64,000 nucleotides of DNA from Vicinamibacterales bacterium (lineage in GTDB: Bacteria; Acidobacteriota; Vicinamibacteria; Vicinamibacterales; UBA8438). This document shows, piece by piece, positions 17,825-27,008 of the stretch (within the stretch, counting starts at the first letter, position 1; each line of letters starts with the position of its first letter). The stretch covers positions 2,455,108 through 2,519,107 of the forward strand of contig OZ252219.1 in NCBI GenBank assembly GCA_965249105.1, in the 5' to 3' direction. The notes beneath the pieces are model-generated. The model saw nothing but the letters and a program-made list of their open reading frames with translations. It made no database searches and was not told the DNA's origin. A program made the translations under genes and the position numbers.

Positions 17825-19273
17825 GGTAGATTCAAACGGTCGTCGCAACACCTCAACGGTGAGGAGTTGCGATGGGAACACCGAAACGTCGTCGGTCACC
17901 CCGTGCGGGACGTCTTCCGATGCGGTCGCCGGGTCGTCCCACGGCGGGACGCCGTGAGCATCGGCGTCGGTTCTGGGAGGCGATCGCCTGCGGGTTGTCC
18001 AGCGACGAGGCGGCGCTGGGGGCCGGCGTGTCCCAGCCGGTCGGAACGAGATGGTTCCGCGAAAGTGGAGGCATGCCGCCGATCAGCCTGGCCCCTCTGT
18101 CGGGGCGCTACCTGTCGTTTGCCGAGCGAGAAGAGATCGCCATCTTGCACGCCCAGCACTGCGGGGTTCGTGATATCGCTCGGCGAATCAGCCGGTCCCC
18201 GTCGACCATCTCTCGGGAGCTCCGTCGCAATGCGGCAACCCGCAGTGGCGGACTCGAGTATCGCGCGACGACCGCGCAGTGGCACGCCGACCTGAAGGCG
18301 AAAAGACCGCAGGTGGCGAAGCTCGCTGCACACGACGAACTGCGCCGGTACGTGCAAGACCGACTCGCCGGCAGGATTACGGCCGCCGACGGGACGAGGG
18401 TGCCTGGTCCCCATGTGCACTGGAACGGTCGCCGCCCCGGGCGCCGTCAAGACCGACGCTGGGCGGCGTCATGGAGTCCTGAGCAAATTGCCAACAGACT
18501 CAAGGTCGACTTCCCCGATGAGGAGTCGATGCGGATCTCCCACGAGGCCATCTACCAGGCGCTCTACGTGCAGGGACGAGGGGCACTGCGACGCGACCTG
18601 GTGGCGTGCTTGCGGACCGGCCGGGCGCTGCGCGTGCCAAGAGCACGGACACGAGGACGCGGCAAGGCGTTCGTCACTGCCGAAATCATGATCAGCAAGC
18701 GCCCCGCCGAAGCAGACGATCGGGCGGTCCCAGGACACTGGGAAGGTGACCTGATTGTCGGACTGGGGAGCTCTGCGATTGGGACCCTCGTGGAACGCAC
18801 CAGCCGATTCACGAGGCTGCTGCATCTGCCTCGCATGGATGACTATGGGCAGCCTCGGATCAAGAACGGTCCCGCCCTGGCGGGGCATGGTGCCGAGGCC
18901 GTCCGAGACGCCATCGCGTCGTCGATCATCACGCTGCCCACGCAGCTTCGCCGTTCACTGACATGGGACCAAGGCGCCGAGATGGCTCAACACGTTCAAC
19001 TCCGAATCGACACCGGTCTGCCAATCTACTTCTGCGACCCACACAGCCCCTGGCAACGCGGCACGAACGAGAACACCAACGGCCTGCTGCGGCAGTACTT
19101 TCCCAAAGGCACCGACCTGTCCAGACACTCTCGTGATGATCTTGACGCCGTTGCTGCTGCTCTCAACAGTCGCCCCCGCAAGACCCTCGGCTGGAAGACA
19201 CCCGCGGAGGCACTTGGCGATCACCTATGCTCAATCACACAACGCGGTGTTGCGACGACACCTTGAACCCAAG
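17825..19273 (+). mobile_element. IS30-family insertion sequence, copy 1 (1449 bp)
   Basis: Imperfect 27-bp IRs (GGTAGATTCAAACGGTCGTCGCAACAC / GTGTTGCGACGACACCTTGAACCCAAG). TGC target duplication at 17822-17824 and 19274-19276. Confidence 0.95.
17872..19266 (+). CDS. IS30-family transposase
   Basis: LSFAEREEI HTH, ISRELRRN, WSPEQI, HWEGDLI, TWDQGAEM, ENTNGLLRQYFPK. Confidence 0.95.
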   Translation: MGTPKRRRSPRAGRLPMRSPGRPTAGRREHRRRFWEAIACGLSSDEAALGAGVSQPVGTRWFRESGGMPPISLAPLSGRYLSFAEREEIAILHAQHCGVRDIARRISRSPSTISRELRRNAATRSGGLEYRATTAQWHADLKAKRPQVAKLAAHDELRRYVQDRLAGRITAADGTRVPGPHVHWNGRRPGRRQDRRWAASWSPEQIANRLKVDFPDEESMRISHEAIYQALYVQGRGALRRDLVACLRTGRALRVPRARTRGRGKAFVTAEIMISKRPAEADDRAVPGHWEGDLIVGLGSSAIGTLVERTSRFTRLLHLPRMDDYGQPRIKNGPALAGHGAEAVRDAIASSIITLPTQLRRSLTWDQGAEMAQHVQLRIDTGLPIYFCDPHSPWQRGTNENTNGLLRQYFPKGTDLSRHSRDDLDAVAAALNSRPRKTLGWKTPAEALGDHLCSITQRGVATTP

Positions 19274-19531
19274 TGCTCTTCGCCGGTCCATGTGACGCCC
19301 CGACCCGCCACTGCGTCTCCACCGGAGATGTAGCTTCCGAGATCTTCAGAAGACGAACGTCGAGCGTGTTCTCACGGGAACGGTTCCGCATCGCAAAGAG
19401 GACCTCGCGCCACAACCGCAAGTGCGATGGTCGTGTTCGAAGCTCCTCCACGAGGTCACCGATCAGCGGTTCACGGTCTGCAGTGAGACGTTCCAGAAGC
19501 CAGATAGCGAGTTGTTGCGGTCGCGAGCGCC

Positions 19532-19864
19532 TCATGAGCGTACTCCCTTCAGCTGAGGAATGTCGGTCCAGAGCGCAACGAGCGCCCTCTGCGTGCCCTT
19601 CACGGCGCGAAGGCCGGCGGGCGTGACCTCGAAGAACCGTTTCGCCCGGCCTCCTCGTTCCGGCGTCGGGTCGCCAGTCGACGAAGCCACGAGCCCGTTT
19701 CGCTCCAGGCGGTCCAGCGCCGCGTACACGGCTCCCAACAGGACCCGGCGCCCGCCCGTGCGCTCAATCTCCCGCCCGATGAGTACCCCGTACGCCTGAT
19801 CACCCACCCTCAGTGCGGCGAGCAGAATCATGAGCTCGAAATCGGTGAGAAGACTGCGCACCAT
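19532..19864 (-). CDS. PadR-family transcriptional regulator
   Basis: ELMILLA...AYGVLI...GAVYAALDRLERNGLV...GGRAKRFFEVT. Confidence 0.92.
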   Translation of the reverse strand: MVRSLLTDFELMILLAALRVGDQAYGVLIGREIERTGGRRVLLGAVYAALDRLERNGLVASSTGDPTPERGGRAKRFFEVTPAGLRAVKGTQRALVALWTDIPQLKGVRS

Positions 19865-19866
19865 TG

Positions 19867-19902
19867 ATTCATAAATTATGAATAAATTTCGCGTTCTGTC
19901 AA
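19867..19902 (-). promoter_or_regulatory. padR promoter with overlapping palindromic operator
   Basis: Minus strand TTGACA (19902-19897), 16 nt, then CATAAT (19880-19875). Perfect dyad ATTCATAA-A-TTATGAAT at 19867-19883, 3 nt from the start codon. Confidence 0.75.
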
Positions 19903-19903
19903 G

Positions 19904-21058
19904 CTAGTGTCCTGAGTACGAAATAGCTGTACACGAAACGCTGTACTTTGCGCTGCCCGTTTGGTACGGTAGCGCATGTTCATTCAACGGTACTGTGTCT
20001 ACGCATCGCCGACCGAGCAAGCCCAGTTGGCCCAGGTGGCTGAGCGCGGGACGACGACGCAGAAGGTGGCGCGGCGGGCGCGGATCGTGTTGATGCTGGC
20101 GCAACAGGCCTCGCCGATGGTCGTGGCCCGGACGCTGCACGTCAGTCGGATGACGGTGCGGTTGTGGGCGCGCCGGTTTGTGGCCGAGGGGGTTCCGGGC
20201 GTGCTCCGCGACGCCACGCGTCCGGGCCGACGCCCACGCTTGACCCTGACGAAGGTGCAGGCGATCGTTGACGCGACCCTGACGACGCGCCCGCCGGCCG
20301 GCACCCATTGGAGTAGTCGCGCCCTGGCGGAAGCGCAGGGCGTGAGCGACGGCACGATTCGTAAGATCTGGCGACAACACGGCCTCCAGCCCCACCGCGT
20401 GGGGCAGTTCAAGCTGTCGACCGACCCCCACTTCGTCGAGAAGCTGCGCGACGTGGTGGGGCTGTATCTGAATCCACCCGCCAAAGCGGTGGTGTTTTGC
20501 GTCGATGAGAAGAGTGGGATCCAAGCGCTGGACCGGACGCGCCCGGTGTTGCCACTGCGGCCCGGCGTCCCCGAACGCCAGACCCATGACTACGTCCGCT
20601 ACGGGACGACCACGCTGTATGCCGCACTGCGCGTGCTCGATGGCGTCGTGATCGGCGAATGCCGCCGCCGTCACCGGAGTCAGGAATTCGTGCGGTTCCT
20701 CCGGCGGCTGGAACGCGCGACGCCTCCCGATCAGCCGCTGCACCTGATTTTGGACAACCTGAGTGCCCACAAGAGTCCCCAGGTGCGGCGCTGGCTCACG
20801 CGCCATCCCCGCGTGCACTTTCACTTCGTGCCCACCAGCAGCTCCTGGCTGAATCTGGTGGAACGCTGGTTTGCGGAGATCACTCGCACGCGGCTCCGCC
20901 GGGGCACCTTCACCAGCGTGCCGGCGCTCGAGCGAGCGATCCACGACTACTTGACTCATTACAATCAGCATGCGAAGCCGTTTATCTGGACCAAGGCTGC
21001 CGACACCATCCTCGCGAAGGTCGACCGGTGTAAAGAAGCGTTAAACGCACCACACTAG
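19904..21058 (+). mobile_element. IS630-family insertion sequence
   Basis: Bounded by CTAG at both ends. Imperfect IRs (CTAGTGTCCTGAGTACGAAATAG / revcomp CTAGTGTGGTGCGTTTAACG). Contains one transposase ORF. Confidence 0.9.
19976..21058 (+). CDS. IS630-family transposase
   Basis: N-terminal HTH, HWSSRALA, VDEKSGIQAL, ILDNLSAHK, SSWLNLVERWF (DDE). Confidence 0.95.
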   Translation: MFIQRYCVYASPTEQAQLAQVAERGTTTQKVARRARIVLMLAQQASPMVVARTLHVSRMTVRLWARRFVAEGVPGVLRDATRPGRRPRLTLTKVQAIVDATLTTRPPAGTHWSSRALAEAQGVSDGTIRKIWRQHGLQPHRVGQFKLSTDPHFVEKLRDVVGLYLNPPAKAVVFCVDEKSGIQALDRTRPVLPLRPGVPERQTHDYVRYGTTTLYAALRVLDGVVIGECRRRHRSQEFVRFLRRLERATPPDQPLHLILDNLSAHKSPQVRRWLTRHPRVHFHFVPTSSSWLNLVERWFAEITRTRLRRGTFTSVPALERAIHDYLTHYNQHAKPFIWTKAADTILAKVDRCKEALNAPH

Positions 21059-21219
21059 TGCAGTGGTTCAGAAATACCTCGTGCACCGAGGGCGCCGAAG
21101 CACCCGTCTGGCCAGGCGCGACGAAGGAGCAAATCGGGAATCTGTGACTGAGGAGCAACGCAGGCAGAAGGGATGCATCGGTGGCCGAATGCCGAGGTAT
21201 TTCTGAACCACTGCACTAG
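21055..21219. mobile_element. MITE copy 2 (inverted relative to copy 1)
   Basis: Same 27-bp TIRs and same 165-bp length. Only two substitutions seen versus 7987-8151. Shares its CTAG with the IS630 right end. Confidence 0.9.
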
Positions 21220-22517
21220 AGACTGGTCACACTGACGCCACCCAACTTGGCCCCGCCCAGCGCAAGGAGAATGGGGACAAGCCGCAATCCCAACGCCCCG
21301 GAGCCTCCAATGCCGCCGGATGCCAGCAGGGCGAGCCCCACGACCATCAGGCCGCTACCGACGACCATCCTCCACGGCGCGGGGCTCGGCGCCGTGCGCT
21401 TCGACGGATGCTCGAAGCGGCTGAAGATTCCGACGAACGGGAGAAGCGCGACCGCAAAGACAGCCACCCAGGCAAGGCGCGTCCACCACCAGTCACCGGT
21501 GCCGGGCATGACCTCCAAACCGATCCCGCCCAGCCATATGGAAACGCCGAACGACAACATCATCACGGTGCTGTGCCAGAGGAAGATAGTCATGATCATC
21601 CCGTTGACCAACACCGTCGCCGTCCACAGATGCGAGCCGGCCAGCAGTGACGCCAGCCGGCGCTCGATCAGCATGATGCCTCCGAACTGAAAGGCCGCGA
21701 GGGCCACCAGCGGAAGGTGAGGCGGCTCCGTGTTGCTGACCACCTCGCCCGGCACTCCGACCAGGCTGTGGGGCCACGGGCCCACCTCGGTGAGCGCCAC
21801 CAGCGAGCCGAGACCGACGATGCACCAGAGGGACGAGCGAAGGCGGGAAGCGAATCGACCTTCAAGCCAGGCATAGCCCAGCTGGTGAACCCCAACCCAG
21901 ACGAAGAGGTAGTTGACCCACCCCGCCTCCGTCCAGTCGAGCCCGAAGTAAGCACCGTCGACGAGACCGGCCAAGAGAAACGGGACCACGATAGACCCCA
22001 TCCCCATCGACTTCCAAGCGGCGCGGGTAAATGGGACCAGCAAGATCACAAGCGCATAGACCGCCAGGAACCAGGTCGGCACGAGGGCGATCTGGGAACC
22101 GACTCGGATCATCCCGGCCGACACGCCGACGCCATGGGCCACGCCAGCGGTGACGATCCAGAACAGGACCAGCACCACCACCGGCCCGAGAAGGCGGGTC
22201 AGTCGGCTGCTCAGCCAATCCCGGTACGACGTGCCGTCCCGACAGGCCGCATCCCAGGAGATCCCGTTGGAATAACCGCCGACAAAGAAGAATATGGGCA
22301 TCACCTGCATCACCCAGGTCAGCCATTAAGCCCAAGGCGAAACATCAAGCAGGTGGTTGATGTGGGCGCCGTCCGCATCTACCCAGGGCGCGGCCATCAA
22401 CCAATGGCCCGTCACCACCACGAGGATCGAAACCGCCCTCAGGAAATCGACGCAGCGATTTCGCTTCGCCGGTGTCTTCTCCGCCAGTCTGGCGGCGGCG
22501 CTCCAGGGGGACTTCAT
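21216..22517 (-). pseudogene. Acyltransferase family 3 membrane protein with an in-frame TAA
   Basis: RNRCVDFLRAVSILVVVTGHW ... SPWA*WLTWVMQVMPIFFFVGG. The stop at 22326-22328 is in frame with 21216-22313. Confidence 0.82.
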
Positions 22518-22526
22518 CTCACCTCA

Positions 22527-25500
22527 TCATGCCATCCTGATCCACCGAACCAACGTCGCCACGTTCGGCGGCTTTCCGTGCATGAGGAGTCCAACGCGAA
22601 ACACCTTCGCGGCGAACCAGAGTGCTGCGTAGACCGCCGCGCTGGAGATGACGATCGTCAGCCATACCTGCCACAGCGGTGGTGGCGTGGCGGAGCTCAT
22701 GCGCAACAGCATTGCGAACGTGTTCACCGGCGGAACGAAACTCATCGCGGTACTGAAGGCGGAATCTGGACTCTGGTTGATCGGTCCCATCAAGAGGAAC
22801 GGAATCACCAACACAAGCATGATCGGGGTCATGAGCGACTGGGCTTCGTTCATGTCATTGACTGCAGCGCCCACGGCAGCCACGAGAGCACCATACACGA
22901 AGTAGGTCAGCACGAAGAAGATGAACAAGTACGCCACGAGGCCGACGTCGAGAAGGTCAAACATCGCGAACGACAACAGCGCCACGATCCCTAGTGCCAC
23001 GTACAAGCCGAGGACGGTGAGCCCGACGCCGAGCTGCCCAAGGATCTTGCCGGTCATCAGCTCCAGCGGCGACACGGCCGACAGCAATACTTCAACAATC
23101 CGGCTGGACTTCTCCTCAATGGTCGTCGTCAGGAGGGCTTGGCCGCTAATGACCACGGCCACAAAGAGCAGCATGCCGAACGCCATGGGAATGAGCCGAT
23201 TCAAGACCCTCGAGGTCTCACGCTCCGTGTCGACCGTGATCGCGATGGTGGGCGATGGAGACACGTCAAGCAACGCCGTGAGGACGTTCCGGTCGAGGTC
23301 GTGCGCCTCAACCCGTGCCGCGACGATCGCGTCCTCCAGACTGTCATGAATCTCATCCTCGATGCGCTCATCGAGTTGAGGTCCCACGAACAAGTCGTAG
23401 GCGCCGAAGTCGACACTCCCATCCGACAATTCGACGGCGTTCTCATGCACGACGGCCAGAGCCAATCGGCGAGTCGTGGCAGCCTCGTCCGCGAGGCGCT
23501 GCTTCTCTTGTTCGACATCGCCCGAGGTCGTGAGCTCAACCACGTCCAGGTGCGCCACCTCACCCAGCGCGTCCGTCATCGCCGACGCGACATCGGTCCC
23601 CTCAGCCACATTCCGCACGTCATCCGGGAGCTCGTCAAGGACTCGCTCCGTGGTGGCCGCGCGGTCGGGTAGACCAGGGTCGTTGCTGACCCCAGCCCCC
23701 CACAGATCCGGACATGCGGGTTCTTCCGCATCCGGCTCCTCGGCAGATGGTGTCGCTACACGCCGGTGGCGAAGTGAGCGGCCGTCATCCGCGGAAGAGG
23801 ATATCGCGCGAGAAGGCGGAGGAACCGCGTCCACGGCATTGTCCTCTGCTGCGACCGGCGGTTGAGCCACTTTTGCCAGATGTGCACGACGTGGAAGCCG
23901 AACGTCGTCAGGCTCGAGGCGTTCCCCCGAATCCCAAAGTAGGCACAATGCCCGCGCAGCTTCCACACCAACATCCGATGCTGCTTCGCGATCGATTCAT
24001 GGCGGTGCGTACAACACCAGCGATTGACGGCCGTCAGGCTCCGCCGGAGGCGGTCCTTGGCCGTCTTGCGCTTGAGCACCCAGCTGCCGTTCCGGGCGAT
24101 GCACCAGTAGTGCGTGAACCCCAGGAAGTCGAACGTGCCGGGTGGCGGGAATCTGTCACCGTTCTGCCCCGGGCGCCAACCCAAGCGCGGTCGGCGGAAC
24201 CGAACCAGACGGCTCTTCTCCGGATGCATCGTGAGCCCGACCCGCCCGAGGCGTTTCGGGAGCACCTCCAGCACCCGGTGGGCGTCAGATTCCTGCTCGA
24301 CGACGATGACCACGTCGTCCGCGTAGCGGACGAGGACGCTGCGGCCACGGAGGCATGGTTGCACCTCCGTCGTGAACCATACGTCGAGGACATAGTGGAG
24401 GTAGATGTTCGCCAACAGCGGCGACACGACCCCACCTTGCGGGGTGCCGAGGACGGAACGACGCACCTGCCCGTCCTCCAACACACCGGCTTTCAGCCAT
24501 TTGTCAATCGCGCGGCGCAGCACGCCGTCGCGTACCCGCTGGTCCAGAAAGCCGCGGAGATGTCCGTGGTCCAGGGCATCGAAGAAGCCCTGGATGTCCA
24601 GGTCAATCACCCAGCCTCCGCCCATCAGCATGGTCTGCTCCCAGAGGTGCTGCAGGGCCTGGTGAGCCGAGCGCCCAGGGCGGAAGCCGAAGCTACAGTC
24701 CCGGAAGTCCTGCTCGTAGACACTTTCCAGCACCATCACCACGGCTCGCTGCAGCACCTTGTCCTCGAACGTCGGTATCCCGATTGGTCGAGTCTTCCGG
24801 CCATCCCCTTTCGGGATGTGGACGCGGCGCACGGGAGGCGCGACATACTGGCCGGACTTGAAGCGGTCGAGCAGCGACTGGAGGTTGGCCTCCAGATTCG
24901 CTGCGTAGTCGTCCGCCGTTTGTCCGTCCAGTCCGACCGCCCCGTCTTTCCGCGTTACTACATAAGCCGCGTGAAGCATGTCCCTGTCGATGTGGTGAGC
25001 CAGGCTCGTGACCACCATATCCGATGCCTGTCTGGCCAGTTCGGCTATCCGTTGTCGTTTCAGTGAGATGGGGTCCAACCTCGGCGTGTTGGCCATCGTT
25101 CCCTCCAACGGTTCCATCTGTCGGCGCCCCCTTCCCTCCACGGGGTCTCGTGGACCCGATTCCCCCGCTTCGCCGGTACTATGAGACGCTCCGATTCCTC
25201 GCCGCCCCTCCCCCGCGCTTCGTTGCCTTCGCGCGGCGGTACCATCCGAGCACCTGCGGGTTCGCTCCGTCGGACGCCAGGTGCCACGTCCACGGCCTCG
25301 GGCTTGGTGAGCCGGTGCCCGCCCCCCGGCAACCTTTAAGATGGAGACGATGAGGCCTCCCGGGTTCCCGGGAAACCCACCCGCACGCATGCCACGCGCT
25401 CCGACCCCGGCGAGGTCGCCGCCTCCACGGCCTCTGAGATGCGGCGAGATAGCCTTCCGTCCAACGCACGACGTCGGCCCTCACAAACAATGCATTTCGG

Positions 25501-25930
25501 GGCTCAATCACGCGGCCTACGGGCTCCCTGTGAACGCTTCGCGCCCTGGGTCACCCCAGGCCCACGCATCACTCGGTTCCGGCTGGCGGCCGACCTTGGC
25601 CGGATGGGATTGGATACCCACAGGGTTTCGAACAAGGTTTCAAAGATCACATCACGGCATCTTGTCCTCCTTGACCGGGCTTTCCCGGCACACGCGCTGG
25701 AGCATGGCGTCGGGATCGAGGTAGGCGCGAACGCCCTCGGTCACAACGCCGGTAGGGTCGATCAGCGCGATCTCGCCCTCGACCCGAGGTGGGTCGTTCG
25801 TCATGAGCCGTGGAGCCACGAGGCTCATCACCAGAATCATCGCGGGCATGAGGAGCACACCCAGGAGGAACCCCTTCGTTGCCACGGTGCCGAGGTATTC
25901 CCGACCTGCCACCAGGATGACCTTTCTCAC
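22527..25930 (-). CDS. ABC-2 type transporter permease split by a group II intron (exons 25930-25694 and 23663-22527; 457 aa spliced)
   Basis: Exon 1 is 79 codons (MRKVILVAGREY...DPDAMLQR) and joins in frame to RAATTERVLDE...IEEKSSRIVEVLLSAVSPLELMTGKILG. Confidence 0.88.
23664..25693 (-). mobile_element. Group II intron (IIB-like), 2030 bp
   Basis: 5' end GTGTG at 25693. Domain V GAGCCGGATGCGG...CCGCATGTCCGGATC (23738-23705). Domain VI ends CTACCCGAC with the bulged-A spacing and AY terminus at 23664. Confidence 0.93.
23756..25096 (-). CDS. Group II intron reverse transcriptase/maturase without an endonuclease domain
   Basis: GLDG, RRVHIPK, RPIGIPTFEDKVLQ, SFGFRPGRS, GTPQGGVVSPLLANIYL, RYADD, FDFLGF. 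GGAGG RBS before ATG 25096. Ends after domain X with no HNH. Confidence 0.95.
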   Translation of the reverse strand: MANTPRLDPISLKRQRIAELARQASDMVVTSLAHHIDRDMLHAAYVVTRKDGAVGLDGQTADDYAANLEANLQSLLDRFKSGQYVAPPVRRVHIPKGDGRKTRPIGIPTFEDKVLQRAVVMVLESVYEQDFRDCSFGFRPGRSAHQALQHLWEQTMLMGGGWVIDLDIQGFFDALDHGHLRGFLDQRVRDGVLRRAIDKWLKAGVLEDGQVRRSVLGTPQGGVVSPLLANIYLHYVLDVWFTTEVQPCLRGRSVLVRYADDVVIVVEQESDAHRVLEVLPKRLGRVGLTMHPEKSRLVRFRRPRLGWRPGQNGDRFPPPGTFDFLGFTHYWCIARNGSWVLKRKTAKDRLRRSLTAVNRWCCTHRHESIAKQHRMLVWKLRGHCAYFGIRGNASSLTTFGFHVVHIWQKWLNRRSQQRTMPWTRFLRLLARYPLPRMTAAHFATGV

Positions 25931-26913
25931 CCACTCACCTCCGCGTCCGTGTCGCCGCGCAAGTCGGCCCGCAGCATCGGGTCAGAACTCGCTGCGCTGC
26001 CGTGATCGGAAACGATTTGGATGAAGATGTCCTCGAGTTTCGGTCGAGCGAGCTCCAGACGAGCCGGCGTGATGGCCCCGGCGAGCGTCCGCATGGCCTG
26101 CCCCGTGTCGGTCCCTGCCTCTAGCGTGATCTCACATGTGCCATCGACCTGAATCAAACGCCGAATGCCATTGAGACGTTCCAGGACCGAGAGATCCGCA
26201 TGCGGGTCGAGGGGATCCAGCAACACAGTTCGGGGATCGTAGCGGCGGCGTATGCTCGCGAGGCTGTCGTCGAGAACCTTTCGTCCACGGTGAACCATGA
26301 CCACGTGCTCGCACAGTTGCTCCGCATGAGGCATCACGTGCGTCGACAGGAGAATCGTTGCCCCACGCCGATGCTCTGCATCGATCATCTCCCGAACCAG
26401 ACGGGTGCTGATAGGGTCGAGACCACTGAACGGCTCGTCGAGAATAAGGAGATCCGGGGCATGCAGAATTGCCGCGAGGAACTGTATCTTCTGCAACATG
26501 CCCTTCGACAGCTCCTCGCAGCGCTTGTGTTCGGCGTCGGCGAGTCCCACCCGCTCGAGTCCTTGACGGATACGAGCCGGTAGGGTCTGACGGTCGGCGT
26601 CCTTGAGTCGGGCCACGTAGGTCAAGAAGGCGCGCACGGTCATCTTCCGGTACACACCCCGCTCTTCAGGCAAATAACCGATGCGGCGCTTGGCCTCGAG
26701 CGCTGACGCATGCCCCAACACGTTGAGCTGGCCAGAGTCTGGAAAGAGGAAGAGGATGGACATGATCAGGCGCAACGTCGTCGTCTTGCCGGCGCCGTTC
26801 GGCCCGATGAATCCGTAAAGGCCGCCCTGCGGGACAGCAAGATCCAGATCAAGAACCGCCGCGACCTCGCCGAAGGTCTTGGTGACGCCCTTGATGGAAA
26901 TCGCGGAGTTCAT
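25927..26913 (-). CDS. ABC transporter ATP-binding protein
   Basis: GPNGAGKTT Walker A, LSKGM signature, LILDEP Walker B, H-loop. Confidence 0.95.
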   Translation of the reverse strand: MNSAISIKGVTKTFGEVAAVLDLDLAVPQGGLYGFIGPNGAGKTTTLRLIMSILFLFPDSGQLNVLGHASALEAKRRIGYLPEERGVYRKMTVRAFLTYVARLKDADRQTLPARIRQGLERVGLADAEHKRCEELSKGMLQKIQFLAAILHAPDLLILDEPFSGLDPISTRLVREMIDAEHRRGATILLSTHVMPHAEQLCEHVVMVHRGRKVLDDSLASIRRRYDPRTVLLDPLDPHADLSVLERLNGIRRLIQVDGTCEITLEAGTDTGQAMRTLAGAITPARLELARPKLEDIFIQIVSDHGSAASSDPMLRADLRGDTDAEVSG

Positions 26914-27008
26914 AGACGGACAGGTCCTGGCAATCTAGCGAAAGTGGACTGATCCTACCGCAGGCGTCGTGCGACGCGGTCGATCACTTCAGGGTTGGAG
27001 AGAATCGC

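Larger units (their letters stand above)
17592..19535 (-). pseudogene. PadR-associated membrane protein split by IS30 copy 1
   Basis: Removing 17825-19273 and one TGC restores one 163-aa frame: ...WLLERL...LIGDLVEE...HGPAKS-INLSGGPVPGVGGLSVVALAGLL...RAHV*. Confidence 0.85.

Noticed and set aside
7987-21219. MITE terminal repeats as CRISPR repeats or integron attC sites
   Set aside because: There are only two elements 13 kb apart, the repeats are inverted rather than direct, there are no spacers, cas genes or integrase, and no GTT core / extrahelical-base pattern.
25380-25400. GGCATG in the intron as EBS2 pairing with exon CATGCT
   Set aside because: It lies 3' of EBS1 within a conserved domain I motif, whereas EBS2 is normally 5' of EBS1. 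EBS2 could not be assigned without folding.
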